Source of the DNA: Octopus sinensis
Lineage: Eukaryota
Assembly: GCF_006345805.1 (NCBI RefSeq)
Contig: NC_043011.1
Span: 7,874,001-7,938,000 of the forward strand
DNA: 64,000 nucleotides
Direction of reading: 5' to 3'
Part shown: piece after piece, positions 23,401-36,505 of the stretch
Numbering within the stretch: the first letter of the stretch is position 1
Layout: each line of letters starts with the position of its first letter
Notes under the pieces: model-generated
Told to the model about the DNA's origin: nothing
Seen by the model: only the letters and a program-made list of their open reading frames with translations
Database searches by the model: none
Translations under genes and position numbers: made by a program

Positions 23401-26400
23401 CCTCCTCCAAAGAAGGCAAGGGTGCAGCCCTCTGCTGGCAAGGTCATGCTCACAGTCTTCTGGGACCAGGACGGAGTAGTGATGACAGATTTCCTGGCAA
23501 AGGGTACCACAATTACAGGAGCCTATTATGCTTCACTTTTGAGGAAATTAAGAGAAGCTATCAAAATCAAGAGGCGGGGCAAGATCAGCAAAGGCATCCT
23601 CCTCTTGCAGGACAACGCTCCGGTCCACAACTCGCGTGTCATAAGATCAGAAGCACCGGCGTGTGGCTATGAACTCCTCCCCCATCCCCCCTACTCTCCT
23701 GACCTTGCACCCTCTGATTTTCACCTCTTCCCAGCCATGAAGTTGTATTTGAAAGGAAAGCGTTTCCCATATGATGCAGCCTTGATTTCTGAAGTCACGT
23801 CGTGGTTGGAAGACCAAGCTGGGGTCTTCTACAAAAACGGTCTCCAGAGCTGCATCAAACAATGCAAGAAATGCGTAACTCTGGGTGGTTCCTATGTAGA
23901 AAAAGACTAATAACTGTGCCAAGTTTCGTTGCTCTACTGTTATGGGAAGTGGGTCAAAGACATTACTTATTGAACGCCCCTCGTATATCTCTTTAAAAGT
24001 GAAGACGTATGGCTCAGTGGTTAGAGTGTCGAACTTATGATCGTAAGGTTTGTGTTCAATTCCCAGACTGGGCTGCATGTTGTATTCTTGAGCAAGACAC
24101 TTTATTTCACGCTGCTCCTGTTTGCTCATCTGTAGAAATGAGTTGCGACGTCACAGGTGCCAAGCCGTATTGGCCCCTTTGCCTTTCCCTTGGATAACAT
24201 CGGTGGCATGGAGAGGGGAGGCCGGTATGCATGGGCGACTGCTGGTCTTCCGTAAACAAACTTGCCCGGACTTTTGCCTCAGAGGGTAACTTTCCAGGTG
24301 CAATCACATGGTCAGTCATGACCAAAGGAAGTCTCCGATTAATTCATACTAGAATATTAGGATAAAATCGCGTTAAGAATTTTTATCAGGTATTCAACAT
24401 GTAATAAAAACTTAAAGGTAATTTATAAGTTAAATTAATAATTATATGTATATGCATATAATTATATTAAGGGGGCAATGGCAAAAAAAAAAGACCTCTC
24501 TCTAACAGGCTTGAAAATGTCGAGGCATTCAGATACTACAATAAAACTCCAAAAATATACACAGATTGTACGTCAACATCATCTTCATCATCGTATAACG
24601 TCCGCTTTCCATGCTAGCATGGGTTGGACGATTTTGACTGAGAGCTGGCGAACCAGATGGCTGCACCAGGCTCCAATCTTGATCTGGCAGAGTTTCTACA
24701 GCTGGATGCTCTTCCTAACGCCAATCACTGCAAGAGTTTAGTGGGTGCTTTTTACATGCCACCGGCATGGGGGCCAGTCAGGCAGTACTGGCAAAGACCT
24801 CGCTCGAATCTTTTTACACATGCCACCAGCATAGGTGCCAGTAAGGCGATGTTGGTAACGATCACACTCAAATGGTGCCCTTTTACGTGACACTGGCACC
24901 GAAGCCAATTGGCTGCTCTGGCAACAATCAGGCTTGGACGGTGCTCTTGGCACCCTACTAGCATGGGGCTTGAGTGCCAGTAAGGCTACAACATCAAAAT
25001 AAATATCAAATGGAAATTGTAGTTGTGATACCTGTGCTGGTGGCACATAAAAAGCACCATCCGAATGTGGCCGATGCCAGCGCTGCCTTGACTGGTTTCT
25101 GTGCCGGTGGCACATAAAAACTACCAACTGATCATGGCCGCTGCCAGCCTCCCCTGGCACGTAAAAAGCACCCACTACACTCACGGAGTGGTTGGCATTA
25201 GGAAGGGCATCCAGCTGTAGAAACACTGCCAGATCAGACTGCAGCCTGGTGCAGCCTCCTGGCTTCCCAGACCCGAGTCAAACCGTCAAACCTGTGCTAG
25301 CACAGAAAACAGATGTTAAACGATGATGATGATGATGTAGGTGAGAAGAAAATAGAGGAAAATAACAAAAAGAAGTGTGTCTTTTGTGCCAGTAAGCCAT
25401 TATTTAATTAGTAAATAAAGGTGAGTCTCACTCTCACCTTTATATACTAATTAAATAATGGCTTACTGGCATAAAAGACACACTTTGTTTCCTTATATTT
25501 CCTCCATTTTCTTCTCTTAGAGACCCTTAATTATAACTTTATATATATATACATATATATACTGTTCCGTGATAGAACGGTCAATGAAAAATGTACTCCA
25601 TCTTGTGAGAAATAAATGTTATTTGTTTAAAGGTCACAATACATGTCTTTAAGTGCTCCTAATATTATCATTTGCTGAGAAATATCTCAGACAGATTCAT
25701 CAGGCACAAACCACATACCAAACCGAAGTAAAAAAAAAAAAAAAGTGAATCTGAGAGGAAATGTGGAAGAACTGAGAAGGCAGAACGTAGAAAATGCAGA
25801 AGGTTGAAATTACGGAAAACCAGGAAGCATCAGCAGTACCATCATCATCACCATCAACAGCAGCACCATCAGGAGGTGCAATGGCCCAATGGTTAGGGCA
25901 GCGGACTCGTGGTCGGAGGATCGCGGTTTCGATTCCCAGACCGGGCATTGTGTGTGTTTATTGAGCGAAAACACCTAAAGCTCCACGAGGCTCCAGCAGG
26001 GGGTGGTGGCAACCCCTGTTGTACTCTTTCGCTCCAACTTTCTCTCACTCTTTCTTCCTATTCCTTGTCCCCGACTTCCAACGCAACCGCTTAACCTGGA
26101 TGCGCATTCATCCATCTGTTGATGCTCTTGGTGTCGGGGGTTGACCTGCTTTCTCTTCTGCAGGTCTTATGAATAGCAAAGGACCACATTTCAGACTTCT
26201 CGCACTAATGGGACGAAGACCGCTTCGCTCAACAAACAAACAAACAAACAAACAGCATCATCATGACTATTGCTACCACCACAACCATTTCCACCACTCC
26301 CATCATCACCACTACCACCATCACCATCATATAAGTGACACTTCCTTTATCATTTCTCTTTGACAGATGGGAGACAGTTTAACTTCTGTGGAAACGGTAA

Positions 26401-29276
26401 AGTTGAAAAAAGCAGAGGTGAAGAATGCGATGTCGGCTTCTTGGCCAACAGTGCCTTCAACCATTGTTGCACTGATAAATGTGTGCTTAGCGCTGGTGCC
26501 GAGTGCAGGTATTGTATTATTCCGCCGTCTTAGAGTCAGCCTTTGGTTTGCTGGGGGGGAGGGGTGGCCTTGTTGTCATCTTTTACTTGTTTCAGTCATT
26601 GGTCTGTGGCCATGCTGGGGCACCACCTTGAATTGGTCCCCAGTATTTGTTTAATATCTGTTTAATATTTGTTTAATATCCTGTCAGTCACATTTAATAA
26701 ACTGCTAAGTTACAGGGACATAAACAAACCAACACCTGTTGTCAAGTAGTGGAGAGCAGACAAACACCAAGCTTCATACAAATCATCATCATCACTACCA
26801 TCATTTAACATCCGTTGTCCATGCTGGCATGGGTTGGACAGTTTCACTGGGTTGGCAAGCTGGAGGGCTGCACCAGACTCCTCAACTGGCCAGCTGTCAA
26901 ACCTATTTCTTTACTATCCCCAAGGGGCTAAACACAGAAAGGACAAACAAGGACAGACAAACGGATTAAGTCAATTATATCGACCCCAGTACGTAACTGG
27001 TACTTATTTCATCGACCCTGAAAGGATGAAAGGCAAAGTCGACCTCAGCGGAATTTGAACTCAGAACGTAGCGGAAGACGAAATACCGCAAAGCATTTCG
27101 CCCAGTGTGCTAACGTTTCTGCCAGCTCACCGCCATTTTTTAAAAAAAGACCATAGTAGAAGACACTTGCCCAAGGTGCCACGCAGTGGGACTGAACCCA
27201 GAACCATGTGGTTCGTAAACAAGCTACTTACCACACAGCCACTCCTACGTCTCTAACCATCCAACCCATGCCAGCATGGAAAACGGATGTTGAATGATGA
27301 TGATGATTGGACTGTATCAAATGTATGAAACATAGTAATTTCACAGACCATGCTGCAGCACTAGGATGTTTTGCACAGAGGCGGTACCATGGCCAATGAG
27401 GTGTACCCGAGGCGTGGTTATTGCTAGTTGAAAACCATTTACTTACGGAAAGGCAACATTTCATTCTGTTGATATTCTGAGAGTCACAAATCTAAGTAGA
27501 GATTTCAAACTTAAAATCTTCAAAGCCACAGTCGAACCAGTTCTACTATATGGCTCAGAAACCTGGATGTTATCAAAGAAGCTTGAGAGGCGGTTGGATG
27601 GAACTTACACTCGCCTCCTTATGAAAGCTCAAAATCTCTCGTGGAAGTGTCATCCAACCAAAGTACAAATATATGGGAAACTACTACCTGTATCATCTCT
27701 TGTGAAAGGTAGAAGAGTCCAGTTTGCTGGACATTGTTGTAGAGCTGAAAAAGAGGTAATTTCTACTCTTCTCCTCTGGAAGCCATCTGCTCGCGATACC
27801 AGAGGGCGCACACTCTCCTACCCTGATGTAATCTCCAGAGATACAGGCATCTAGCAACAGGATCTCCGTAATGCCATGATGGACCGTGAGGTCTGGCGTA
27901 ACATAGTAAATTCCATTGTCTCGACCATGGTTGAACAATGATGATGATGATGCATCGATCTCAGTGTTGCAAATCTTCCTAGGTGTCCTTCATTTGCCAT
28001 TTTCAATTCTGTCAGAAGCAAATCAATTCTATACAGGTTTCCCCAGAACATTATTACAACTGACCTTCCTAGTTTATGTTACTTACTGCAAAATGTTCTC
28101 CACTGACTATTTTATAGAGAAATTCAGAAATTTGACTGTTATTTCTAGCAGGCTGACTAACCACATTAGCACTTCCTTGTTATCCCTCTTAATCATATAT
28201 GTGTTGTTGTTACCTGATTGATTACATTTATTTTACTTATTACCTTAATGCACCAAATTAATTTTTGCTCCCCGTTTATTTCTTTCAGCCCTGTCAACCA
28301 TGAATGTTGCACCCTGGGCTGCAAAATTGCCCCTAAAGGGGTATTATGTCGGTCAGTTGTAGGTGATGCCTCTGATTGTCTCAAGAACTCCATCTGTACA
28401 TATCCTTTATTTCTCATGTTTACTCCTTTGGAGTTTATGGGTTTGCCTCTTTCGGGAGCAAAGGGCCAAATATTTTGCAGGAACCCTGCTGGGATTTTTT
28501 TTGTTCGATTCTGAATTTATTGTTTTTTTTTCTTTTACTTGTTTCAGTCATTTGACTGCGGCCATGCTGGAGCACCGCCTTTAGTCGAGCAACTCAACCC
28601 CGGGACTTATTCTTTGTAAGCCCAGTACTTATTCTATCGGTCTCTTTTGCCAAACCGCTAAGTAACGGGGACATAAACACACCAGCATCGGTTGTCAAGC
28701 AATGCTAGGGGGACAAACACAGACACACAAACACACACACATACATATACATACATATATACGACGGGCTTCTTTCAGTTTCCGTCTACCAAATCCACTC
28801 ACAAGGCTTTGGTCGGCCCAAGGCTATAGTAGAAGACACTTGCCCAAGGTGTCACGCAGTGGGACTGAACCCGGAACCATGTGATTGGTAAGCAAGCTAC
28901 TTACCACACAGCCACTCCTGCGCCTTCGATTCTGAATTTATTGTTTTTTGTTTGTCTTTTTATTTTTATATTATTATCTGTATCTTTGTCTCTACATTTA
29001 CAGTACATATATATGTGTACATATATCTGTATATATTTATATATACAGATATAGAAATACCTTCTTTCCCCACAGATTAATAACAGGTCAGTTATATATA
29101 TATATATGTTCAACTAATTTTATTGTATTTTGTAGTAGGTTTTTTAAATGCTTATATTATTTTATTATTATTAGTTTATTGGATATAACTTTTTATGTGT
29201 ATTCCATACAATAAGGTTATCCTGAAATAGGAGTCAATGTTCTATAGTTAAAATCCCAAATTTGTTATAATATATC

Positions 29277-29321
<45 letters not shown>

Positions 29322-30924
29322 TGTATATGTATGCGTTTATGCATATATAAAATAAAAGAAAAAGAGCAGATAGGTTAATATAATGCATGTTCGATCTTAA
29401 CTGTTGCCCTTGAATACTGTGTCAAACTTATGTATGTATGTGTGTGTGTGTGTGTGTGTAATAGTACATATGTATCTAGAAGTGGATAAGCATATATGAG
29501 TATATAATTTAAGATTATACGTATATTTATGAGTGTGTCTATATGATTGTGTGTACTTGTGTATATGTATATGGTTATATGTGCACAGTTGCACCTCAAC
29601 GTTGTATCCATTCACCGTTAGACGATGATGAGAGGGACAAACACACACCCACACATATATATGTGTGTGTGCGTCTATACTAACATATATGTGTGTATGT
29701 ATACAACCTTCCACAAAGTAAGTCATGTACACAACTTGGACGGACACATGCCAGTACACGGACATAGGTTTATATACACATACACATGTACACACACACA
29801 CAGACGCGTCTGCCCATTCTCCTAGATACTCACATACGTAGCACATAAGTACAAACATACATACATGCGTATGGGCATACACACGTACATACGCACGTAC
29901 ATGTACACACATACACACACATACATACGCATATACATACATACGCACATGCGTACGTACGTGCATACACACATACATACATACATACACACATACATAC
30001 GTATATATATATAACTTGAACTAACTAGATGTAATGGAGAAAAAAAAGATAAGTAATAATAAAACAAAAGGTTTTGATATATTAAATTTCTAAATCTCTC
30101 ATAGAGATATGTACGGTGGTGGGGCAATAGAATGGTTGTATACTGTCAATCTAACGTGACAGTAGGGGATTACACCACCGCTGTTTAGCCCTAGGAAGCA
30201 TCGACGCTTCCTGATGGCTTCGACACATTTTTCCTGTGTCCTTATATATTTACGAAGGGGAGACAAACACCCCCAGCAGCCAGGCCTGCATCTAGAGACA
30301 CGCGTGTTTCAGGATCATTGTCCTTCATCGGTCTAGAGTAGCAGACGCCCGTCAGCCGTTGATATCTGCCTCGACTCGCGAATGTATATATCTAATTTTC
30401 AGTGAAGTTTATTCACCGATTACCAAAATCAGAAATATTAAATTTCTAAATCTCTCATAGCGATATGTACGGTGGTGGGGCGATAGAGATATAGAGATAA
30501 GTGGCTGATAATAGGTTTTAGAGTTTTGTCGGTGGGGTTAAAGGTCATAAAACACTTCCTAGTTTCGGCGGGGGGGGGAGGTTGAAATTTGATATTGCTG
30601 TGATGAGTGGTCAGTCTACACCTATCCACCACTACAAGTTTATAGCTTTAAGTTTATAGTGTGTGTGTGTGTGTGTGCGTGCATATACACACATACATAC
30701 ATACACACATGCGTACGTACGTACATACTTACATACATGCATGCATGCATACATACATACACACATACATACGTACATATATATAACGAACAAACTGTTA
30801 CTTTCTCAGATGCAGCACGGATTTTTGTCAGTGAAGAGGTCGCGGTCTTAAAGCGACGAAAATATTTTGAGAAATTAAACTTAAATGTTGAAGTGAATCG
30901 AACGGCTTTTGTGTGTATATATAT

Positions 30925-30977
<53 letters not shown>

Positions 30978-33669
30978 ATGTGTATAAACACACACAGATA
31001 TAACTGTATATATGTGTGTGTGTGCATGTATAGATATTTATATATGTGTGTGTACATATGTATATATGTTCGTTTCTATGTGTGTGTGTGTGTGTGTGTT
31101 ATATAAATATAAAATACAAAAATGGGACAAGAACGCAAAACATCCTAACTGTATCACCTAACTGTCTGGATGTTTTGCGTTCTTGTCCCATTTTTGTATT
31201 TTTTATATATAAAAATATAGTGGCATATGTACACTTTGGTCTCTGATATATATATATATCATCATCATCATCGTTTAACGTCCGCTTTCCATGCTAGCAT
31301 GGGTTGGACGGTTCAACTGGGGTCTGGGAAGCCCGAAGGCTGCACCAGGCCAGTCAGATCTGGCAGTGTTTCTACAGCTGGATGCCCTTCCTAACGCCAA
31401 CCACTCCGTGAGTGTAGTGGGTGCTTTTTATGTGCCACCGACACAGGTGCCAGACGAGGCTGGCGAACGGCCACGCTCGGATGGTGTTTTTTACGTGCCA
31501 CCAGCACAGAGGCCAGTCAATGTGGTACTGGCAACAGCCACGTTCGGATGGTTTTCTTATGTGCCACTGGCACTGGTATCACAAAACTACAAATTCCATT
31601 GATGTTCATCGATTTGATTTGATTCTTTGATTTTTGATTTTCACTTGCCTCAACAGTTCTTCACAAGTAGAGTTGTGTGTCCCAAGAAGGAAGGTATGCA
31701 CAGGTGGACTGACTACGTCCCACGTAGGGGCCATGGGTTATGGCCTCACTTGTCCTACCGGGTCTTCTCGCGCACAGCATACTTCCAAAAGTCTCGGTCT
31801 CTGGTCATTTCCTCGGTGAGATCTAAAGAGCGAAGGTCGTTCTTCACCACCTCGTCCCAGGTTTTCCTGGGTCTACCTCTTCCACAGGTTCCCTCAACCG
31901 CTAGGATGTGGCACTTTTACACACAACTATCTTCATCCATTCTTACTATGTGTCCATACCAGCGTAGACGCCTCTCTTGCACACCACATCTGATGCTTCT
32001 TAGGTCCAACTTTTATCTCAAGGCACTTACACTCTGTCGGGTATGAACACTGACATTACACATCCAACGGAGCATACTGGCTTTATTTCTTGCGAGCTTA
32101 CACATATCCTCAGCAGTCACGGCCCATGTTCCACTGCCATGTAGCCTGGCTGTTCGCACACATGCATCATACAGTCTGCCTTTTACTCTGAGCGAGAGGC
32201 CTATTGTCACCAGCAGAGGTAAGAGCTCTCTGAACTTTTCCCAGGCTATTCTTACTCTAGCAGTTACACTTTCGGCACACCCACCCCCACTACTGACTTG
32301 GTCACCTAGGTAACGGAAACTATCAACTATTTCTAGTTTTTCTCCCTGGAAATTGACGGAAGATGGTCTCTGCGCATTTTCTGTGTTTATTGCACCAGAG
32401 CATCTGCCACATACAAAAACCATCTTCCTAGTTAGCCTTCCTTTGACATTGCTGCACTTCTTATGTGTCCATAGCTTACACTTGGTGCATCTTATAGAGT
32501 TCCTACCTACGACTTTTCTACAGATTGAGCAGGGCCATCTACCTGAAGGTGTTTGAGATTTGTCTGCCTTCCTACTTATTAGGACTTTGGTTTTAGCTCG
32601 ATTGACTCTGAGGCCCTTCGATTCTAATCCTTGCTTCCACGCCTGAAACTTCTCCTCGAGTTCTGATAGTGATTCAGCAATTAGAGCAAGGTCATCAGCA
32701 TAGAGGAGCTCCCAGGGGCATCCTGTCTTGAATCCCTCCGTTATTGCCTGGAGGACTATGATAAATAGGTGGGGGCTGAGGACTGAGCCTTGGTGGACCC
32801 CAACCTCCACCCGGAATTCTTCACTGTACTCGTTGCCAACCCTCACCTTACTAACAGCGTCCCTGTACATGGCACGCACAGCTCTCACTAACCATTCATC
32901 TATCCCTAGTTTCCTCATTGGCCACCAGATAAGGGAACAGGGGACCCTGTCAAAGGCTTTCTCCAAGTCAATGAATGCCAGGTACAGAGTTTTATCTTTG
33001 GCTAGGTATTTCTGCAGCTGTCTCACCAGAAATATGGCATCAGTGGTGCTTTTCCCTGGCACAAAACCAAACTACATCCCATCTAGGTTGACTCTCTCTC
33101 TAATCAGTTGGGCTATGACCCTTTCCGTAACCTTCATTACCTGGTCCAACAGCTTGATACCTCTGTAATTACTTGTATCTAGGGCGTCACCTTTACCTTT
33201 GTAGCAGTTGACTATTATGCTACTACACCAGTCATTGGGTATGACTCCTTCGTGTATCACCTGGTTAGCTATACGGGTTACTAGGCTATAGCCGACACTG
33301 CCAGATATTTTGAGCATCTCTGCAGTAATTCCTGATGGGCCTGGGGCCTTCCCTGTCTTCATGCTTCCAATTGCCTTAACTACCATGGAACTGTCAACTC
33401 GGATAGCTGGTCCCTCTATTGGGTCGACATTCGGCAGACTCTCTTTATCGCATTCATTCTCTTTGTTGAGCAACCTTTCATAGTGGCATCTCCAAACCTC
33501 TCTCTTTGCATCCTCATTTAGCGCAAGTGAACCATCATCCATGCGAACACATTTCTCTCCTACCACATCACGATTCTCTCTCACACACTGTCTTGCAACA
33601 CAAAACACCTCAAGTCTTTGGTCCTCACGGCGCAGAACATTGGCAAATTTTTTCTTATCTGCTTCCCCT

Positions 33670-33724
<55 letters not shown>

Positions 33725-36403
33725 CAAATGAGAAAACGGAAAGGATATAAAATCGACAGACGTCAGCCAGTAAAGCTTCAAGTATGTCTATTTATTCAAA
33801 TGTATTGGTTGAATATACACACATTTATGAATGATACAGATTAGTGAGTGGAAAACACTGGTAACTGCATAGACAATGGTGTGAATACAATTTACATATA
33901 TAGAAACAAATGTAGTGATGGAGATAACCTGGAAGATTTTGTTACCTCTTGGCAGAAACGGCCGTAAGGAACTAGTACCTGCACCCCCATTTAGATTTTT
34001 GGCCGATGCCAGCGCCGCCTTGACTGGCTTCCGTGCTGGTGGCATGTTAAAAGCACCAACCGATCGTGGCCGATGCCAGACTCCCCTGGCACCTGTGCCG
34101 GTGGCATGTAAAAAGCACCCACTACACTCGCGGAGTGGTTGGCATTAGGAAGGGCATCCAGCTGTAGAAACACTGCCAGATCAGACTGGAGCCTGGTGCT
34201 ACCCTTGGCTTCCCAGACCCCGGTCGAACCGTCCAACCCATACTAGCACGGAAAACGGATGTTAAACGATGATGATGATGATGATGATGTTTCTATATAT
34301 TTATATGTATTCACACCCTTGTCTATGAAGTTACCAGCTTTTTCCACTCGCTAATCTGTACTACTCATACATACATGTGTTTGTGTATTCATCCACTACA
34401 TTTGAATAAATAGACATACCTGAATTTTTACCGGCTGATGTCTGTCGATTTTTATATCCTCTCTGTTTTCTCATTTGCCGTATAAATCAAGAGTAAATCA
34501 CTGTTTTACCCCCGCCCATATATAATACTCAATTGCGAGATTGCCATGCAATAACGAGCACTTGGCTATGAATAATTGGGTACACTACCAGCAGTATATT
34601 GGATAGGTACTATCCCTTAGTTGGTTTTTCAACCTCTAACTCACACAGAAATATATATATATATATATATATAGGCGCAGGAGTGGCTGTGTGGTAAGTA
34701 GCTTGCTTACCAACCACATGGTTCCGGGTTCAGTCCCACTGCGTGGCATCTTGGGCAAGTGTCTTCTGCTATAGCCCCGGGCCGACCAATGTCTTGTGAG
34801 TGGATTTGGTAGACGGAAACTGTATGTATGTGTGTGTATTTGTCCCCCTAGTATTGCTTGACAACTGATGCTGGTGTGTTTACGTCCCCTTCACTTAGCG
34901 GTTCGGCAAAAGAGGCCGATAGAATAAGTACTGGGCTTACAAAGAATAAGTCCCGGGGTCGATTTGCTCGACTAAAGGCGGTGCTCCAGCATGGCCGCAG
35001 TCAAATGACTGAAACAAGTAAAAGAGAAAAGATATATATATATATATACATATTCGAACTTTGAACCTCAGGGAGGCAATGACTAGTGACCGAGACCTTT
35101 GGTGTTATGCTCTGCTTAAGAGGACCCATCAAGCCAAGTGAATCTGTGCTGGTGGCATGTAAAAAAAAAAAAAAAAAAATCAACCTTTGCACACTGGGCC
35201 TCACTGAGTTCCTTTTGAGCATTGGGCTTGATGGAGGCAAAGTTGCTGCGTTCCTTTCAAGCAGACCTCATGCAGGGGGCCTCCTGAAGGGAAAGTGGCT
35301 GAATTCCTTTCAAGTGTTGGTCCTCACGAAGGCAATGACCAAGGTCTTTGGCATTATGTTGTGCTTGAGAAGAAGACCCCTCAAGCTGAGCAAAATTGCA
35401 GGCCTGGCAGATGCTGGCCTCATGCAAATTGGCACCCATGCCAGTGGCATGTAAACACATCCTGGTGTCATGCAAATGGCACTCGTGCCAGTGGCATGAG
35501 TGGTTGGCATTGGGAAGGGCATCCAATCATAGAAAACCATGCAGAATCAGACTGGGCTCTGGTGTAGCCTTCCAGTGTGCCAGACCAATCACTGCCCGAC
35601 CCATGCCAGCATGGACAACAGATATTAAATGATGATGATGACATACATCTGCGGCAAAATAATGATGCTGTGAGTGGACAAACGAAAGATGGGCATTCAA
35701 CACATTTATTGGGAGTTACGTGTATGGATGAAAACAATTTGATTCAAATTCGTTGGTACTCTGAGAGTTTCGAATGTGATGCTAATCTTTGGCCATTTCA
35801 GATTTAAAATGGCTGAAGATTAGCATCGCACTTAAAACTGTCGGAGTACCAATGGATTTGAATCAAACTCCTTTCATTCATATATGTGTGTGTGTGTGTG
35901 TGTGTAAATGTCGTATGAGAATGAGTGCTCAACAAATATTGGTGGATAAAATTTCTTAATTTTTGTATTAAGGCTACCATTGCTTTCATGTTAAGAAAAA
36001 TATATTAATATCTTATCAGTCTTTCTTGCACATCTCTCTCCCTGATGGCAGTGGTGGTGGTGGTGGTAGTGGTCCACCCTCTCCGTTTATCTACCTCTTA
36101 CCATCCCTCATTCAGTCACCCGTTATATTCAGTGAACTATTTTCTCCCTTCTGGGTGTTTACTATTTTTTTCATCTTTGTAAGCGAAATGAATTTTATTT
36201 CCTTAACATTGTTACTGGAAACAATTACAATTGTCCAACACCTGAGTTTAAAGCAGATTCCACCCCATGTTTGGATGGGTAAGTATTATGGCTCTCTTCC
36301 ATATATAAATGTGTGTGTATGTGTGTGTGTGTGTGCAAGTTTAGTGCAACAAACTGGAGAAATAGTACTCTATACATGTGCAGTTTATTTGTATATATAT
36401 GTA

Positions 36404-36450
<47 letters not shown>

Positions 36451-36473
36451 GTATGTATGTGTGTATACATATA

Positions 36474-36505
<32 letters not shown>

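Larger units (their letters stand above)
28400..36215 (+). other. U12-type (minor spliceosome) AT-AC intron, 7816 bp
   Basis: 5' end ATATCCTTT; branch site TTCCTTAAC at 36199-36207; ends AC at 36214-36215; flanking exons join in frame with the expected Cys spacing. Confidence 0.9.

Noticed and set aside
25640-25715. Possible decayed hammerhead on the - strand (CTGATGA, long stem, GATA-ATAT-TA)
   Set aside because: GAAA is mutated and stem I needs a multi-nt bulge, which is too degenerate to call from one copy.
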